A DNA stretch of 64,000 nucleotides from Bacteroidales bacterium (lineage in GTDB: Bacteria > Bacteroidota > Bacteroidia > Bacteroidales > VadinHA17): positions 2,938-66,937 of the forward strand of contig JANYIW010000100.1 of NCBI GenBank assembly GCA_025358645.1. The letters run 5' to 3'. Shown piece after piece: positions 1 through 11,200 of the stretch. Position numbers and translations under genes: made by a program. Position 1 is the first letter of the stretch. Each line of letters starts with the position of its first letter. A model generated the notes under the pieces. The model was not told the origin of the DNA and searched no databases. It worked only from the letters and a program-made list of their open reading frames with translations.

Positions 1-1
1 G

Positions 2-148
2 ACTATAAAATCAGAAAGCACAGGAAATATGGGACTGATTGATATGGCCAGGAAATCAGGAAGTAAATTGCTATATAAGTTTGAACAGATTAATGACCGT
101 TATTCTTATTACACTCTGACAGTAAAAGTTGAAGAAAGGAATGATTAA
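2..148 (+). CDS. 3' end of an unidentified gene cut by the window edge
   Basis: Frame 2 is open from the window start to TAA at 146-148 (...GNMGLIDMARKSGSKLLYKFEQINDRYSYYTLTVKVEERND*). No family recognised. Its stop shares a TTAA tetranucleotide with the lpxH stop. Confidence 0.3.
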   Translation, partial: TIKSESTGNMGLIDMARKSGSKLLYKFEQINDRYSYYTLTVKVEERND

Positions 149-891
149 GTTACGGCATTAAAGTTAAGTGTTTTTCCATCCCATGCAGCGTAGCTGCCAT
201 TATTTATCCAATCTCCCAGAAACACAATTTCTGCTTCCGGTTGTAGTTTGTAAGACATTGCCAGATGGCGGTGACCAAAGATGAAATAATCAATTTTGTC
301 TTTCTCAAGAATTGACCTGGCATACCTTATCAGATCTTCATTTTCCTCACCAAGAAACTCTTTCGTTATACCCTTTCCCAGCCGTGAGCTCAGAGACCAT
401 CGGTGCCCGATACCAATGCCAATTGAAGGATGCAGGGCTGAATACATTGTCTGCAATGATTTGTTCCTGAAGATAGAAAGAAGTATTTTATAACCGATAT
501 TCTTTGTTCCTAAACCTTCTCCATGGGCAAGGTGAAATTTTTTACCGTTAAACAGTGTAGTAAAAGGAGTAGTATGAACGATCATTCCGCATTCGCCTGA
601 AAGATAGTCACTTACCCACATATCGTGGTTTCCGGTAAAAAAATGAATTGGGATTCCTGAATCTGTTATTTCGGCGGCAGTTCCCAAAAACCTGGTATAG
701 CCACGAGGGACTACCAGCTTATATTCCCACCAGAAATCGAAGATATCTCCAAGAAGATATATCTCTTTTGCATCATTAGCAACTGTATTTAACCATTTTA
801 CAACCTTCTTTTCCCTTTCAATAGGAAGTGATCCTGCAGGCAATCCGAGATGAAAATCAGAAGCAAAATATATTTTTCCTGTTTCAGTCAA
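145..891 (-). CDS. lpxH: UDP-2,3-diacylglucosamine hydrolase (LpxH-type metallophosphoesterase)
   Basis: 248-aa ORF with calcineurin-type phosphoesterase motifs in LpxH order: SDFHLG, LGDIFDFW, GNHDMW, FGHRH. Confidence 0.8.
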   Translation of the reverse strand: MTETGKIYFASDFHLGLPAGSLPIEREKKVVKWLNTVANDAKEIYLLGDIFDFWWEYKLVVPRGYTRFLGTAAEITDSGIPIHFFTGNHDMWVSDYLSGECGMIVHTTPFTTLFNGKKFHLAHGEGLGTKNIGYKILLSIFRNKSLQTMYSALHPSIGIGIGHRWSLSSRLGKGITKEFLGEENEDLIRYARSILEKDKIDYFIFGHRHLAMSYKLQPEAEIVFLGDWINNGSYAAWDGKTLNFNAVT

Positions 892-900
892 TGTGCAGGA

Positions 901-2061
901 TTATTTGTTAAATAGCTGATCGAATTTCAGTTGCAACTCTCTGCCATGAATGTTTGAAGCAATAATTTTACTCTCTTTGTCAAACAGATAATTGGCAGGC
1001 AGGCTTTTCACATTGAAAAGCATTGCATTTTTCAGGTCTTTAGGATCATCTTCTCTGGTGCTTATCCAGGGCAGCTCATCAAATTTGACTGCTGCTTTCC
1101 AGTTCGATTCATTCTCATCCAGATTAATCTGATATATCTCAAAACCTTTTTTATTGTAAAGCTTGTAATACTCTTTCAGTTGAAGGTTTTCTTCAATGCA
1201 ATCTTTCGACTGAACCGACCAGAAGGTGAGAAGTACGTATTTGCCTTTAAGCGATGAAAGGGCAATTCTTTTACCATCAATGTTTTTTAAATCAGGATCA
1301 AGCTTTGTCTGAGGTAAGTTTTTGGCTATCTGACCAATCTGGGCTACATACATCTGATTCATTTCCTTTTCAAAGTCTCTTGCCAGAGCCTGCACCTGCT
1401 TTGAATTAGGATAATGACGGGTAAGAGAATCGGTTACGATCTTAAGGTATTGAAGATCGTGCTGATCAAAAAGAACATAAGTTTCGGGATTAATTCTCTG
1501 ATAAAGCGCTTTTATTGAAGCAAGAGAGTTTATGTTATTAATTATGAATTCAATATTCTTTTTACGCTGAGCTTTAATTAATTCATTAAATTGTGTTTCA
1601 AGTGAAGGGCCCTTAACATCAAATCCTGTTTCCGTGGAAGCCTTAGAATAAATTGTACTCAGAGAATCAAGTTTTCTTTTGGTTTCAGCAAGAGTGAGAT
1701 CAAGAGTCTGTAGCTTCAGTGATCCTGCTGATCCTTTGACAATATAATTTTCATACAGGGTTTTGCCATTAAACAATAGATTTATCTGTTCTCCGGGTTC
1801 GGTTAAGAGTGTAATAAAATTTGTTGATGAAAAACCCAGTTGGTAAAATTCAGGTCCGGTCGCTTTGACCCGAATCAGGAATGAACCTTTTCTGCTGATT
1901 TTTGCAGAGTCGATCAGGACGGGAGTATCGACATCAAGCCTGTTGAGATAAATATATTTTTCTTTGGAATCTTTAATAACCCCGTTAACAGCGAATTTAC
2001 CCTTGTCTTTGCATCCGGAAATGATAATAACCAGAGTCAGCAGAAATAGTGTTCGTTTCAT
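901..2061 (-). CDS. TlpA-like thioredoxin-fold lipoprotein with a degenerate redox motif (SxxC)
   Basis: 386 aa with a lipobox (IIISGC). The C-terminal thioredoxin-fold region aligns with the neighbouring paralog, but WCAPC is replaced by QSKDC (FWSVQSKDCIEE). Confidence 0.65.
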   Translation of the reverse strand: MKRTLFLLTLVIIISGCKDKGKFAVNGVIKDSKEKYIYLNRLDVDTPVLIDSAKISRKGSFLIRVKATGPEFYQLGFSSTNFITLLTEPGEQINLLFNGKTLYENYIVKGSAGSLKLQTLDLTLAETKRKLDSLSTIYSKASTETGFDVKGPSLETQFNELIKAQRKKNIEFIINNINSLASIKALYQRINPETYVLFDQHDLQYLKIVTDSLTRHYPNSKQVQALARDFEKEMNQMYVAQIGQIAKNLPQTKLDPDLKNIDGKRIALSSLKGKYVLLTFWSVQSKDCIEENLQLKEYYKLYNKKGFEIYQINLDENESNWKAAVKFDELPWISTREDDPKDLKNAMLFNVKSLPANYLFDKESKIIASNIHGRELQLKFDQLFNK

Positions 2062-2096
2062 TAAAAATCGGATTTCCAGTTTTAATAAACAGCAAA

Positions 2097-3260
2097 TTAT
2101 TTAAGAATTTCAGCCAGTTTGATCTGCAATTGTTCACCTCTGAGGTTTGATGCAATAATATGGCCTTCTTTATCAAGGAGAAAATTACGAGGTATTGATT
2201 CGACTTTATAGAGCGGAACAACTATTGAGTTCCAGTATTTAACATCACTTACATGTATCCATTTCTCAAGATGATCATCCTGAATACCTTTCACCCACGA
2301 CTCTTTGGTTTTGTCAAGCGATACCTGGTAAATCTGAAATCCTTTTTTATGATAAATATTATAAACGTTTACCAGGTTTGGATTTTCTTTTCTACATGGT
2401 GCACACCATGATGCCCAGAAATCCAACAGAACTACCGATCCCCTGGTTGAAGAGAGTTTAATTGTATCTCCTGCAGGAGTAGGCAGGGATATCTCAGGAG
2501 CCACATTTCCGGAACCTGATTCAGGAGCTGCTGTAGTTCCACCATTCATTTTTGTAGAAAGTGCCTTCACCTGTTCATGAAGTGTTATGACTGGCTCATA
2601 ATCGGGGTAAAGCTTAAACATTGATGAATCGACCTTTATAAAATATTTCAAATCTTTAGCAGGATTCAGTACATACGCGCTTGGTGCGACTTGCTGATAG
2701 AGTGCAACGAGGCTGACAAGTGATGTGAGGTTATCATCAATGTATTTTTTAGTATACGTATTAATTTCGCTAAGGTAAATCTGCGCCAGGCTGTCGAGAG
2801 ATTCAATCACTTTGGGTAACTCAGGCTTATCTGCATTCTGCATATAGATTTTGTTTAATCCTGTCAGTTTTTTTACAGTAATACGGAGTGTTTTATTATA
2901 TTCAACCATTAATTCGGTGCCCTTTGATCCCTCCAGCGATATCGGATAATTCAATGAATCGCTATTCACTTTCATACTGATCTTCTCACCGGGCTTAACT
3001 AGCAGGGTCAGAAAGTTATTATTATTATTTTTCAGGAGATAAAAAGACGGTTGTTTGATTTCTCTCTTGAAATTAAATTTACCATCAGTAGAAACCATGA
3101 TTGAATCAATAGGTTTCAGTTCATTCGATTTCAGTTCGTCAAGAACTATGTAGGCGCCAATTACAGGATTCACAATTGTTCCCGAAATTCTTACACTATT
3201 ATTTTTACAGCCGGTAGATACCAATACAATAAACAGGTAGAGAAAAAGCTTCTTATTCAT
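2097..3260 (-). CDS. TlpA/ResA-like thiol:disulfide oxidoreductase lipoprotein
   Basis: 387 aa with a lipobox (LVSTGC) and an intact redox motif FWASWCAPCRKENP. Same architecture as the 901-2061 paralog. Confidence 0.8.
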   Translation of the reverse strand: MNKKLFLYLFIVLVSTGCKNNSVRISGTIVNPVIGAYIVLDELKSNELKPIDSIMVSTDGKFNFKREIKQPSFYLLKNNNNNFLTLLVKPGEKISMKVNSDSLNYPISLEGSKGTELMVEYNKTLRITVKKLTGLNKIYMQNADKPELPKVIESLDSLAQIYLSEINTYTKKYIDDNLTSLVSLVALYQQVAPSAYVLNPAKDLKYFIKVDSSMFKLYPDYEPVITLHEQVKALSTKMNGGTTAAPESGSGNVAPEISLPTPAGDTIKLSSTRGSVVLLDFWASWCAPCRKENPNLVNVYNIYHKKGFQIYQVSLDKTKESWVKGIQDDHLEKWIHVSDVKYWNSIVVPLYKVESIPRNFLLDKEGHIIASNLRGEQLQIKLAEILK

Positions 3261-3371
3261 TAAGTAAAATGTTAATTGTTAATTATTTTCAAATATCGAG
3301 ATGCAAAGTTATTCTTTTTTTAATCAGGCAATACTTTTAAGAAATTATATTAATTTTCTCTCTATATGATG

Positions 3372-3379
3372 TACCTTTG
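3372..3379 (+). promoter_or_regulatory. Bacteroidota-type -7 promoter box (TAnnTTTG) for the glycogen locus
   Basis: TACCTTTG lies 64 nt upstream of ATG 3443. It overlaps the TTG used by the ORF track at 3377, which argues against that extended start. Confidence 0.4.
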
Positions 3380-3442
3380 TCAGGTATATTTTTAATTATT
3401 ATCTTACATAGCTTATTTTATGTTTTTACAAATTGTAATTAT

Positions 3443-5392
3443 ATGAGTTACATCAAGTTCGATAAGAGCCAGGTGGTAAACCTAGAATATTCACTTGGAA
3501 GGGAGATGATCAGAACAAACAGAGCAGGGTCTTATTCTTCAACTACCCTTGTTGGATGTAATACACGCAAATATCATGGATTGCTAATTTGTCCTATAGA
3601 TGAGTTTGGAGGTGAAAGATTTGTACTTTTATCTTCACTCGATGTAACAGTGGTTAATAAAGATAAAAGTTTTAATATTGGTATTAGAAAATATAAAGGA
3701 GATTATTTTAGTCCAAAAGGTCATAAATATGTTGAGGACTATGATGTTGATAACATTCCTTCGAGGACTTACAGGGTTGGTGGTGTAATTCTTAAACAAG
3801 AAAGAATGTTGGTTCATTATGAGGAGCAACTGCTTATTAAGTATACGATCCTTGAAGCATCGGAACCTATGAAATTGCAGTTCCGCCCATTTCTTGCTTT
3901 CCGGAATATTCATCAGTTGACTCATGCCAACCTGTCTGCAAATCCTAAGGTTGATTACATAGAAAATGGCATCGAATCAAAGATGTATGACGGATTTCCT
4001 TCGTTAAAAATGCAGTTTTCCACAAATGTTGAATTTATTCCTGTCCCCGATTGGTATCTCGGAGTCGAATATCTGGAAGAACAAAAACGGGGGTATGATT
4101 ATTCAGAAGACCTGTTTACTCCGGGTTTTTTTGAGCTTAAAGCCCAAAAGGGAGATATTATTATTTTTTCTGCTTCAACGAAAGAAGAAAAGACCTCAGG
4201 ACTTAATCAGAAATTTACAAAGACTGTTACAGGTAAAATTCCAAGAGATAGTTTTATTAATTGTTTAAGAAATGCTGCCCAGCAATTTGTTGAAAAACGA
4301 GGAGGGAAAACTCTTATTATAGCAGGATATCCGTGGTTTGGAGCATGGGGAAGGGATACATTTATTTCACTTCCGGGACTGGCTTTAGCACGACACGGAC
4401 TGGTACTTTACAGAGAGGTTCTGGATACGCAGGTTAATAATATGAAGGATGGATTATTTCCAAATATGGATAATGCAACCAACCCGGCATTTAATTCAAT
4501 TGATGCGCCACTTTGGTTTTTCTGGGCTGTACAACAATATATTGAACATGGCGGCGCCGATGGATGGGAAAGATATGGTACAGCAGCTAAATCAGTACTG
4601 AATGCCTTTAAAAATGGTACTGATTTTAATATTCACATGAGAGACAATGGTCTGATTTATGCCGATGCTCCCGGGAAAGCTCTTACCTGGATGGATGCTG
4701 TAGTATTTGGTATTCCTGTAACGCCACGAAGGGGTTATGCCGTGGAGATAAATGCTCTCTGGTATAATGCCATAAGCTTTTCTCTGGAGATGGCAGCAAA
4801 AGAAAATGATAAAAAGTTTACAAAGGAATATGAAATGTTGCCAGACCTGATTAAGAAATCATTCCTCGAGATATTCTGGGATGATAAACTTGGCTACCTG
4901 GCTGATTATGTTAACGATGATGAAGGTAAAAATCTTTTTATCAGACCTAACATGGTGATTGCTGTTTCGCTGCCATATTCAATGCTTGATAAGGACCAGA
5001 TGAAAACGGTATTGGATGTTGCAGACAGAGACCTTGTCACAACCAGAGGATTAAGAACCCTCTCACCGAGTAATGCATTGTACCATGGTATATGTATTGG
5101 GAATCAGGAAGAAAGGGATAATGCATATCATCAGGGAACAGTCTGGCCCTGGCTCTACGGCCCCTTCTGTGAAGGATGGTTGAAAGTTTATGGTCAGCAA
5201 GGTGTACAGAAAGTAAAAAAATTGATTTATGGGCTTGAAGCGGTAATGAGTGAACATGGGATAAGTACTATATCTGAGATTTACGATGGTGATCCTCCTC
5301 ATTCACCCCAGGGCGCAATTTCTCAAGCCTGGAGCGTTGGTGAGGTTCTCAGGATAATCAACTTACTTGAAACAAAATTTGCAAATCAATAA
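3443..5392 (+). CDS. Glycogen debranching enzyme (amylo-alpha-1,6-glucosidase family)
   Basis: Start moved to the first ATG (MSYIKFDKSQVVNLEY...). GDE-type blocks: NTRKYHGLL, GYPWFGAWGRDTFISLPG, AYHQGTVWPW. Located in a glycogen gene cluster. Confidence 0.85.
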   Translation: MSYIKFDKSQVVNLEYSLGREMIRTNRAGSYSSTTLVGCNTRKYHGLLICPIDEFGGERFVLLSSLDVTVVNKDKSFNIGIRKYKGDYFSPKGHKYVEDYDVDNIPSRTYRVGGVILKQERMLVHYEEQLLIKYTILEASEPMKLQFRPFLAFRNIHQLTHANLSANPKVDYIENGIESKMYDGFPSLKMQFSTNVEFIPVPDWYLGVEYLEEQKRGYDYSEDLFTPGFFELKAQKGDIIIFSASTKEEKTSGLNQKFTKTVTGKIPRDSFINCLRNAAQQFVEKRGGKTLIIAGYPWFGAWGRDTFISLPGLALARHGLVLYREVLDTQVNNMKDGLFPNMDNATNPAFNSIDAPLWFFWAVQQYIEHGGADGWERYGTAAKSVLNAFKNGTDFNIHMRDNGLIYADAPGKALTWMDAVVFGIPVTPRRGYAVEINALWYNAISFSLEMAAKENDKKFTKEYEMLPDLIKKSFLEIFWDDKLGYLADYVNDDEGKNLFIRPNMVIAVSLPYSMLDKDQMKTVLDVADRDLVTTRGLRTLSPSNALYHGICIGNQEERDNAYHQGTVWPWLYGPFCEGWLKVYGQQGVQKVKKLIYGLEAVMSEHGISTISEIYDGDPPHSPQGAISQAWSVGEVLRIINLLETKFANQ

Positions 5393-5403
5393 CAGGGCAG
5401 GTT

Positions 5404-6699
5404 ATGCGTGTGTTAATGTTCGGATGGGAATTCCCACCTCATATTTCAGGAGGATTAGGCACTGCAAGCTATGGTCTCACAAAAGGCATGGCAACTCTCA
5501 ATGATCTGGAAGTGATCTTTGTTGTTCCCAAAGCATTTGGCGATGAGGATCAGACTAAGGTTCGGCTGATTGGCGCTAACCAGGTTCCTGTAGCATTCAA
5601 ACAGGTTTTTTATAAAGGATCAAAACGCCCTATTGAAAGAATTGAGGTATCGTCAAAAATTGTTCCTTATACCGACCCCATCGATTTTTGGAAATTGGTC
5701 ACATCGGAAGTCTCCAGTTATAATTTTTATGTAAAGATAAATAACAAAGGTAAAGTAGATTTTTCAGGAAGATACGATACCAGCCTGATGGATGAAATAT
5801 ACAAATATTCGATTGTAGCCTCGGTGATAGCTGATGAAAATGAGTTTGATATAATCCATGCTCATGACTGGCTCGCTTATCCCGCCGGGATTGCTGCAAT
5901 GGAAGTTTCGGGGAAACCACTTGTCATTCATGTACATGCTACCGACTTTGACCGTAGTGGAGGAAGTGTCAACCCCGATGTTTACCGCATTGAGAAAAGT
6001 GGGATGGATGCCGCATCTAAAATAATTACTGTCAGCAATCTGACCAGAGACATTGTTATAAACAAATACAATATAAATCCTGATAAAGTTGAAACAGTAT
6101 ATAATGCAGTTGAACCGGTGAAGATTGCCGAAAACTGTATTGTTAAAAAAGGTTTTGATGAAAAGGTTGTCACATTTCTTGGCCGTATTACCTTGCAAAA
6201 AGGTCCTGAATATTTTATCGAAGCAGCTTATAAGGTTTTACAGGTGATGGACAATGTAAGATTTGTAATGGCAGGGTCGGGTGATATGATGGAAAGAATG
6301 ATGCGAAGAGCTGCCGCGCTTAAAATAACTGACCGGTTCCATTTTACCGGATTCCTTAAAGGGTCGGACGTTTTTACCATGCTTGACATGAGCGATGTTT
6401 ATATTATGCCGTCGGTATCAGAACCATTTGGCATCTCCCCTTTGGAAGCTATGCAGTCAAACGTACCAGTAATTATCAGTAAACAGTCGGGAGTGGCTGA
6501 GATACTAACCCATGCAGTGAAAACTGATTTTTGGGATATAGATGCAATGGCTGACGCGATTTATGGTATCCTTAACTACCCCGCCCTGTCAAACATGTTT
6601 ATTAAAAATGGTAAGGAAGAAGTTATCCGTCTTAAATGGGATAACTCCGCCAGGCATGTGCGTGATATATATTACAGAGTGATTGACAATAAAATCTAA
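5404..6699 (+). CDS. GT4-type glycosyltransferase, probably an alpha-glucan (glycogen) synthase
   Basis: 431 aa GT-B retaining enzyme: N-terminal FGWEFPPHISGGLGTA and C-terminal EPFGISPLEAM. Sits between the debranching enzyme and GH57. Confidence 0.7.
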   Translation: MRVLMFGWEFPPHISGGLGTASYGLTKGMATLNDLEVIFVVPKAFGDEDQTKVRLIGANQVPVAFKQVFYKGSKRPIERIEVSSKIVPYTDPIDFWKLVTSEVSSYNFYVKINNKGKVDFSGRYDTSLMDEIYKYSIVASVIADENEFDIIHAHDWLAYPAGIAAMEVSGKPLVIHVHATDFDRSGGSVNPDVYRIEKSGMDAASKIITVSNLTRDIVINKYNINPDKVETVYNAVEPVKIAENCIVKKGFDEKVVTFLGRITLQKGPEYFIEAAYKVLQVMDNVRFVMAGSGDMMERMMRRAAALKITDRFHFTGFLKGSDVFTMLDMSDVYIMPSVSEPFGISPLEAMQSNVPVIISKQSGVAEILTHAVKTDFWDIDAMADAIYGILNYPALSNMFIKNGKEEVIRLKWDNSARHVRDIYYRVIDNKI

Positions 6700-6705
6700 T
6701 ACGAT

Positions 6706-8175
6706 ATGAGTTCATCAGTCAAAAAGGCGATTTGTTTCTATTTTCAGGTCCATCAACCATTCAGACTCAAGAGATACAGGTTTTTTGATCTGGGACACGA
6801 TCATTATTATTATGATGATTTCTCGAATGAATCCATAATGAGAAAAGTAGCAGAGAAATGTTATCTGCCTGCTAATAAGATTATTTTGGAACTCATTGAG
6901 AAGCATAAAGGGAAATTTAAAGTTACCTTCTCCCTCTCAGGACTGGCAATCAGTCAGTTCAGACTTTATGCGCCTGAGGTTCTTGATTCGTTCAGGAAGC
7001 TCGCTGAAACAGGAATGGTGGAATTTCTTGCTGAGACAAACTCTCATTCACTTGTTTCCCTCAGAAGCAGAAGTGAATTTGAGCGGCAGGTTATTAACCA
7101 TAAGGAAATGTTAAAGGAGTTTCTGGGAGTTGAAGCAACTTCATTCCGGAATACAGAATTAATTTATTCTGACACAATCGGAACGTGGGTTGCTGATATG
7201 GGGTTCAAATCGATACTGACTGAAGGAGCAAAACATGTGCTGGGGTGGAAAAGTCCCAATTTTTTATATTGTAACTCAATTAACCCCCGTTTGAAAGTCT
7301 TGCTGAGAAACTTTGTCCTGAGCGATGATATTGCATTCAGATTTTCAAACAGAGACTGGAACTCCTGGCCATTAACAGCCGATAAGTATGCTTCATGGAT
7401 AAACAAACTTGCTCCTAAAAGTGAACTGATAAATATTTTTCTCGACTACGAAACATTCGGGGAACACAACTGGAAAGAGACCGGGATATTTGATTTTCTG
7501 AGTTATATGCCAGGTGCCATTCTCAAGAAAACACCCTTCCGGTTTATGACCCCTACCGAGATAGCCGATACCTTACAACCCGTATCTGCAATCAGTATTC
7601 CTTCACCTATCTCCTGGGCTGATGAAGAGCGCGACATTACTGCGTGGCTGGGAAATGAAATGCAGGTTGCTGCCCTCGATAAGTTATACAGTCTGGCAGG
7701 TAAAGTAAACAGATGTGAAGACGACCTGATTAAAAAAGACTGGGAATATCTGCAATCGAGTGATCATTTTTATTATATGGCAACAAAATTTTTCTCCGAT
7801 GGCGCAGTTCATGCCTATTTCAACCCTTACGATACCCCTTATGATGCATTCATGAATTATATGAACGTGCTCAGTGACTTTGAAATCAGACTACAAAAAT
7901 TATTTCCCGATACAGATGAACAAGAGCAGATATTTAAACTTGGAACACAGGTAATAGAAAAAGATTTGCTCATCGAAAAACAGGTAATTGAAATTGAGAA
8001 ATTAAATAAGAAAATATTGAAAATTAATCCTAAGGTAATGCCGCCTATAAAGAAAATCTCAAAATCTTCAGTAATAGCGTCTGCAAAGGATAAACTTTCA
8101 AAACCGATCTCTAAGACAATAAAAAAGCGTGCTACCGGTAAGTCAGCTAATAAAATCAAAGTAGATAAAAAGTAA
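6706..8175 (+). CDS. Glycoside hydrolase family 57 alpha-glucan-active enzyme
   Basis: 489 aa with GH57 blocks FQVHQPFRL and IFLDYETFGEHNW. Has a Lys-rich low-complexity C-terminal tail (about the last 90 aa). Confidence 0.8.
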   Translation: MSSSVKKAICFYFQVHQPFRLKRYRFFDLGHDHYYYDDFSNESIMRKVAEKCYLPANKIILELIEKHKGKFKVTFSLSGLAISQFRLYAPEVLDSFRKLAETGMVEFLAETNSHSLVSLRSRSEFERQVINHKEMLKEFLGVEATSFRNTELIYSDTIGTWVADMGFKSILTEGAKHVLGWKSPNFLYCNSINPRLKVLLRNFVLSDDIAFRFSNRDWNSWPLTADKYASWINKLAPKSELINIFLDYETFGEHNWKETGIFDFLSYMPGAILKKTPFRFMTPTEIADTLQPVSAISIPSPISWADEERDITAWLGNEMQVAALDKLYSLAGKVNRCEDDLIKKDWEYLQSSDHFYYMATKFFSDGAVHAYFNPYDTPYDAFMNYMNVLSDFEIRLQKLFPDTDEQEQIFKLGTQVIEKDLLIEKQVIEIEKLNKKILKINPKVMPPIKKISKSSVIASAKDKLSKPISKTIKKRATGKSANKIKVDKK

Positions 8176-8207
8176 GATCAACACGCTAAAACAAATAATT
8201 TTTGAAG

Positions 8208-11200
8208 ATGAAGGTGGAATTTATTTTTGAGACCAGCTGGGAAGTTTGCAATAAAGTTGGGGGAATACATACAGTAATCTCAACAAAGGCGCTAAAGATT
8301 GTAAATGAGCTTGGAGACAAGTATATACTCATCGGACCCGATGTATGGCGGGAAGATGTTACTAACCCTGAGTTTATTCCTGATGAATCGTTGTTTGCGG
8401 AATGGAAAGCAATAGCCGCATCCGAAGGATTAAGAGTAAAGACGGGAAGATGGAATATTTCAGGTAAGCCGATAGTAATACTTATTGACTTCACTCCATA
8501 TTTCGGACAGCAGAATGAGATATTTGCCGGTTTCTGGGAAACATTCAAACTTGACAGTATTACAGGACAGTGGGATTATGTAGAACCTGCTCTCTTCGGA
8601 TATGCTGCCGGGAAAATGATTGAAAGTTTTTCTACCTTTTACCACGAACATCATAATACTATTGCTCAGTTCCATGAATGGATGACCGGGACAGGAATAC
8701 TATATCTGAAAAAATATGCTCCATGGGTTGCAACTTCATTCACAACTCATGCTACCGTGCTGGGCAGATCCATTGCCGGAAATAATCGTCCTCTGTACGG
8801 TAAGATGGAAGAATATAACCCCGCGCAAATCGCGAGGGAATTCAATGTTGTGGCAAAACAATCACTCGAAAAAATTTCGGCCGCTGAAGCCGATGTTTTT
8901 ACAACTGTAAGCAAAATAACATCAAGAGAATGCCAGCATTTTCTTGGAAAGGAGGTTGATTTTGTAACACCAAACGGATTCGAAGATTCTTTCGTTCCGG
9001 CAGATGATATATTTGAAGGCAGAAGGCAGGTGGCCCGAGAAAAACTTCTTAGTGTAGCCGAGGCCGTACTTGGTTATCCTGTTGCAGTAGATTGTGTTTT
9101 GGTTGTAAACAGCGGGAGATATGAATTCCGGAATAAGGGAGTTGATATTTTGATAGACTCTCTCGGTGAAATGCAGAAGAAAGGTAATATTGAAAAAGAA
9201 TGTATAGCTTTTTTCCTCATACCTGCCTATCATAAAGGACCTCGTCAGGATATAATGGACATCCTTTATAATAACGGCCCGGGAAACGGTGGTGACAGAT
9301 ATCTTACACATAGCTTGCATTATCCGGCGACAGATCCGGTTTTGCAGAGAGTAGTGGCAAACGAACTCAATAATGATCAGAAATCCAAAGTAAAGATCAT
9401 TTTTGTTCCCTGTTATCTTAATGGTAACGACGGCATTTTTAATATGCCCTACTTCGATTTGCTGATTGGATTTGATCTTTCGGTTTTTCCTTCATACTAT
9501 GAGCCATGGGGCTATACCCCGCTTGAAAGCCTTATGTTTTCAATTCCAACTGTAACTACATCACTTTCAGGATTTGGTCTGTGGGTCAGAACTTATTTTG
9601 AAAATCCCGGTAATGGCATATCGGTAATTGAAAGGACAGATGATAACGAGATTGAAGTTATTGCTGAGATTTGGGGTTTCATGGCAAAGTTTATCAGTTT
9701 GAATGAAATGGAACTTAAGGCAGCAAGAGAGAAAGCTCATGCTATTTCAAGAATTGCCCTTTGGGACAACCTGGTTAATTATTATTTCAATGCTTATGAA
9801 CATGCTCTCGCTCAGAGCAACGAGAGAAGAGAAGAACCCAGGGAATTTGTAAGGTTCATTGAATCTGCGGGAATACATATTCGCAAACCACATCAGGTGC
9901 CTGTATGGAAAGATATTTATGTCCAGAGCGATGTACCTGAGAAACTTGCTTCACTTAAAAATCTGGCCAATAACCTCTGGTGGTCATGGAACACCGAATC
10001 GGAAACATTATTTAAAAGAATGGATCCGTCACTATGGGATGAGGTCAAACATAATCCTAAATTACTTCTTGAAAAGATTGATTATAAAAGACTACTCGTT
10101 CTGGAAGATGATGATGATTTTGTGGCCGAACTGAAACATGTTAATGAAATATTTAAAGCCCATACAGATCGTCCCGATAATACTGCCTTACCTTCAATAG
10201 CCTACTTCAGTATGGAGTTTGGTATACACCCCTGCCTGAAAATTTATTCAGGCGGTCTGGGAATACTTGCCGGAGACTATCTTAAGGAAGCCAGTGATTC
10301 GAACTTAAATATTACTGGTGTGGGGTTACTTTACAGGTATGGCTATTTCAAACAAAAACTTGGCCCCAGAGGAGAGCAGATACCAGTATACGAAGCTGAA
10401 GAGTTTTCACGGCTTCCTGTAAATCCAGTTAAAGATTCAAAAGGAAACCATTTATATGTGAGCCTGGTGTGGCCCGGGAGAACTGTAAAAATACGTGTGT
10501 GGGAAGCAATGGTGGGGAAAGTACGTCTTGTCCTTCTTGATACTGATTTCGATGATAATTTACCCGAGGACAGAACTGTTACTCATTACCTCTATGGCGG
10601 AGATAATGAAAACAGATTAAGACAAGAACTCATCCTTGGCATAGGTGGTATAAGAGCTCTTGTGGCAATGGGTTTGAAACCTGATATCTATCATAGTAAC
10701 GAAGGGCATTCTGCGTTTATCAGCCTTGAAAGGCTAAGAGGTCTGATAAATGATCAGCATCTTACTTTTAATCAGGCACTTGAAGCTGTCAGATCATCAA
10801 CTCTTTTTACAACTCATACACCTGTCCCTGCCGGGCATGATGCATTTGAAGAAGACCTGCTACGTAAATATATTTCTCATTACCATAGCCGGTTAACGAT
10901 AAGTTGGGGTGAACTTATGGCTCTGGGCCAATGTGAAGGGGACTCAGATAAAAAATTTAACATGAGTTATCTCGCTGCACGAATGTCGCAGGAGGTAAAT
11001 GGTGTCAGTAAACTGCATGGCGAGGTTAGCCAGGGCATGTTTAATAAGCTTTGGCCGGGTTATCTTAAAGAGGAACTTTTTATAGGATATGTGACTAACG
11101 GAGTTCATCATCCCACATGGACTGCACCTGAATGGAGAGAGGTGTACAGGGAGCTGACCGGTAATATTAATTTTGATCAGACTGACAGAAGCCTTTGGGA

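Noticed and set aside
3377-3442. N-terminal extensions given by the ORF track from non-ATG starts: 3377, 8202, 14467, 17463, 28739, 42872, 52854 and 54953.
   Set aside because: In each case the extension begins at TTG or GTG and adds residues not expected for the family. An in-frame ATG follows within 2-22 codons and gives a canonical N-terminus. At 3377 and 42872 the extension would overlap the predicted -7 promoter box.
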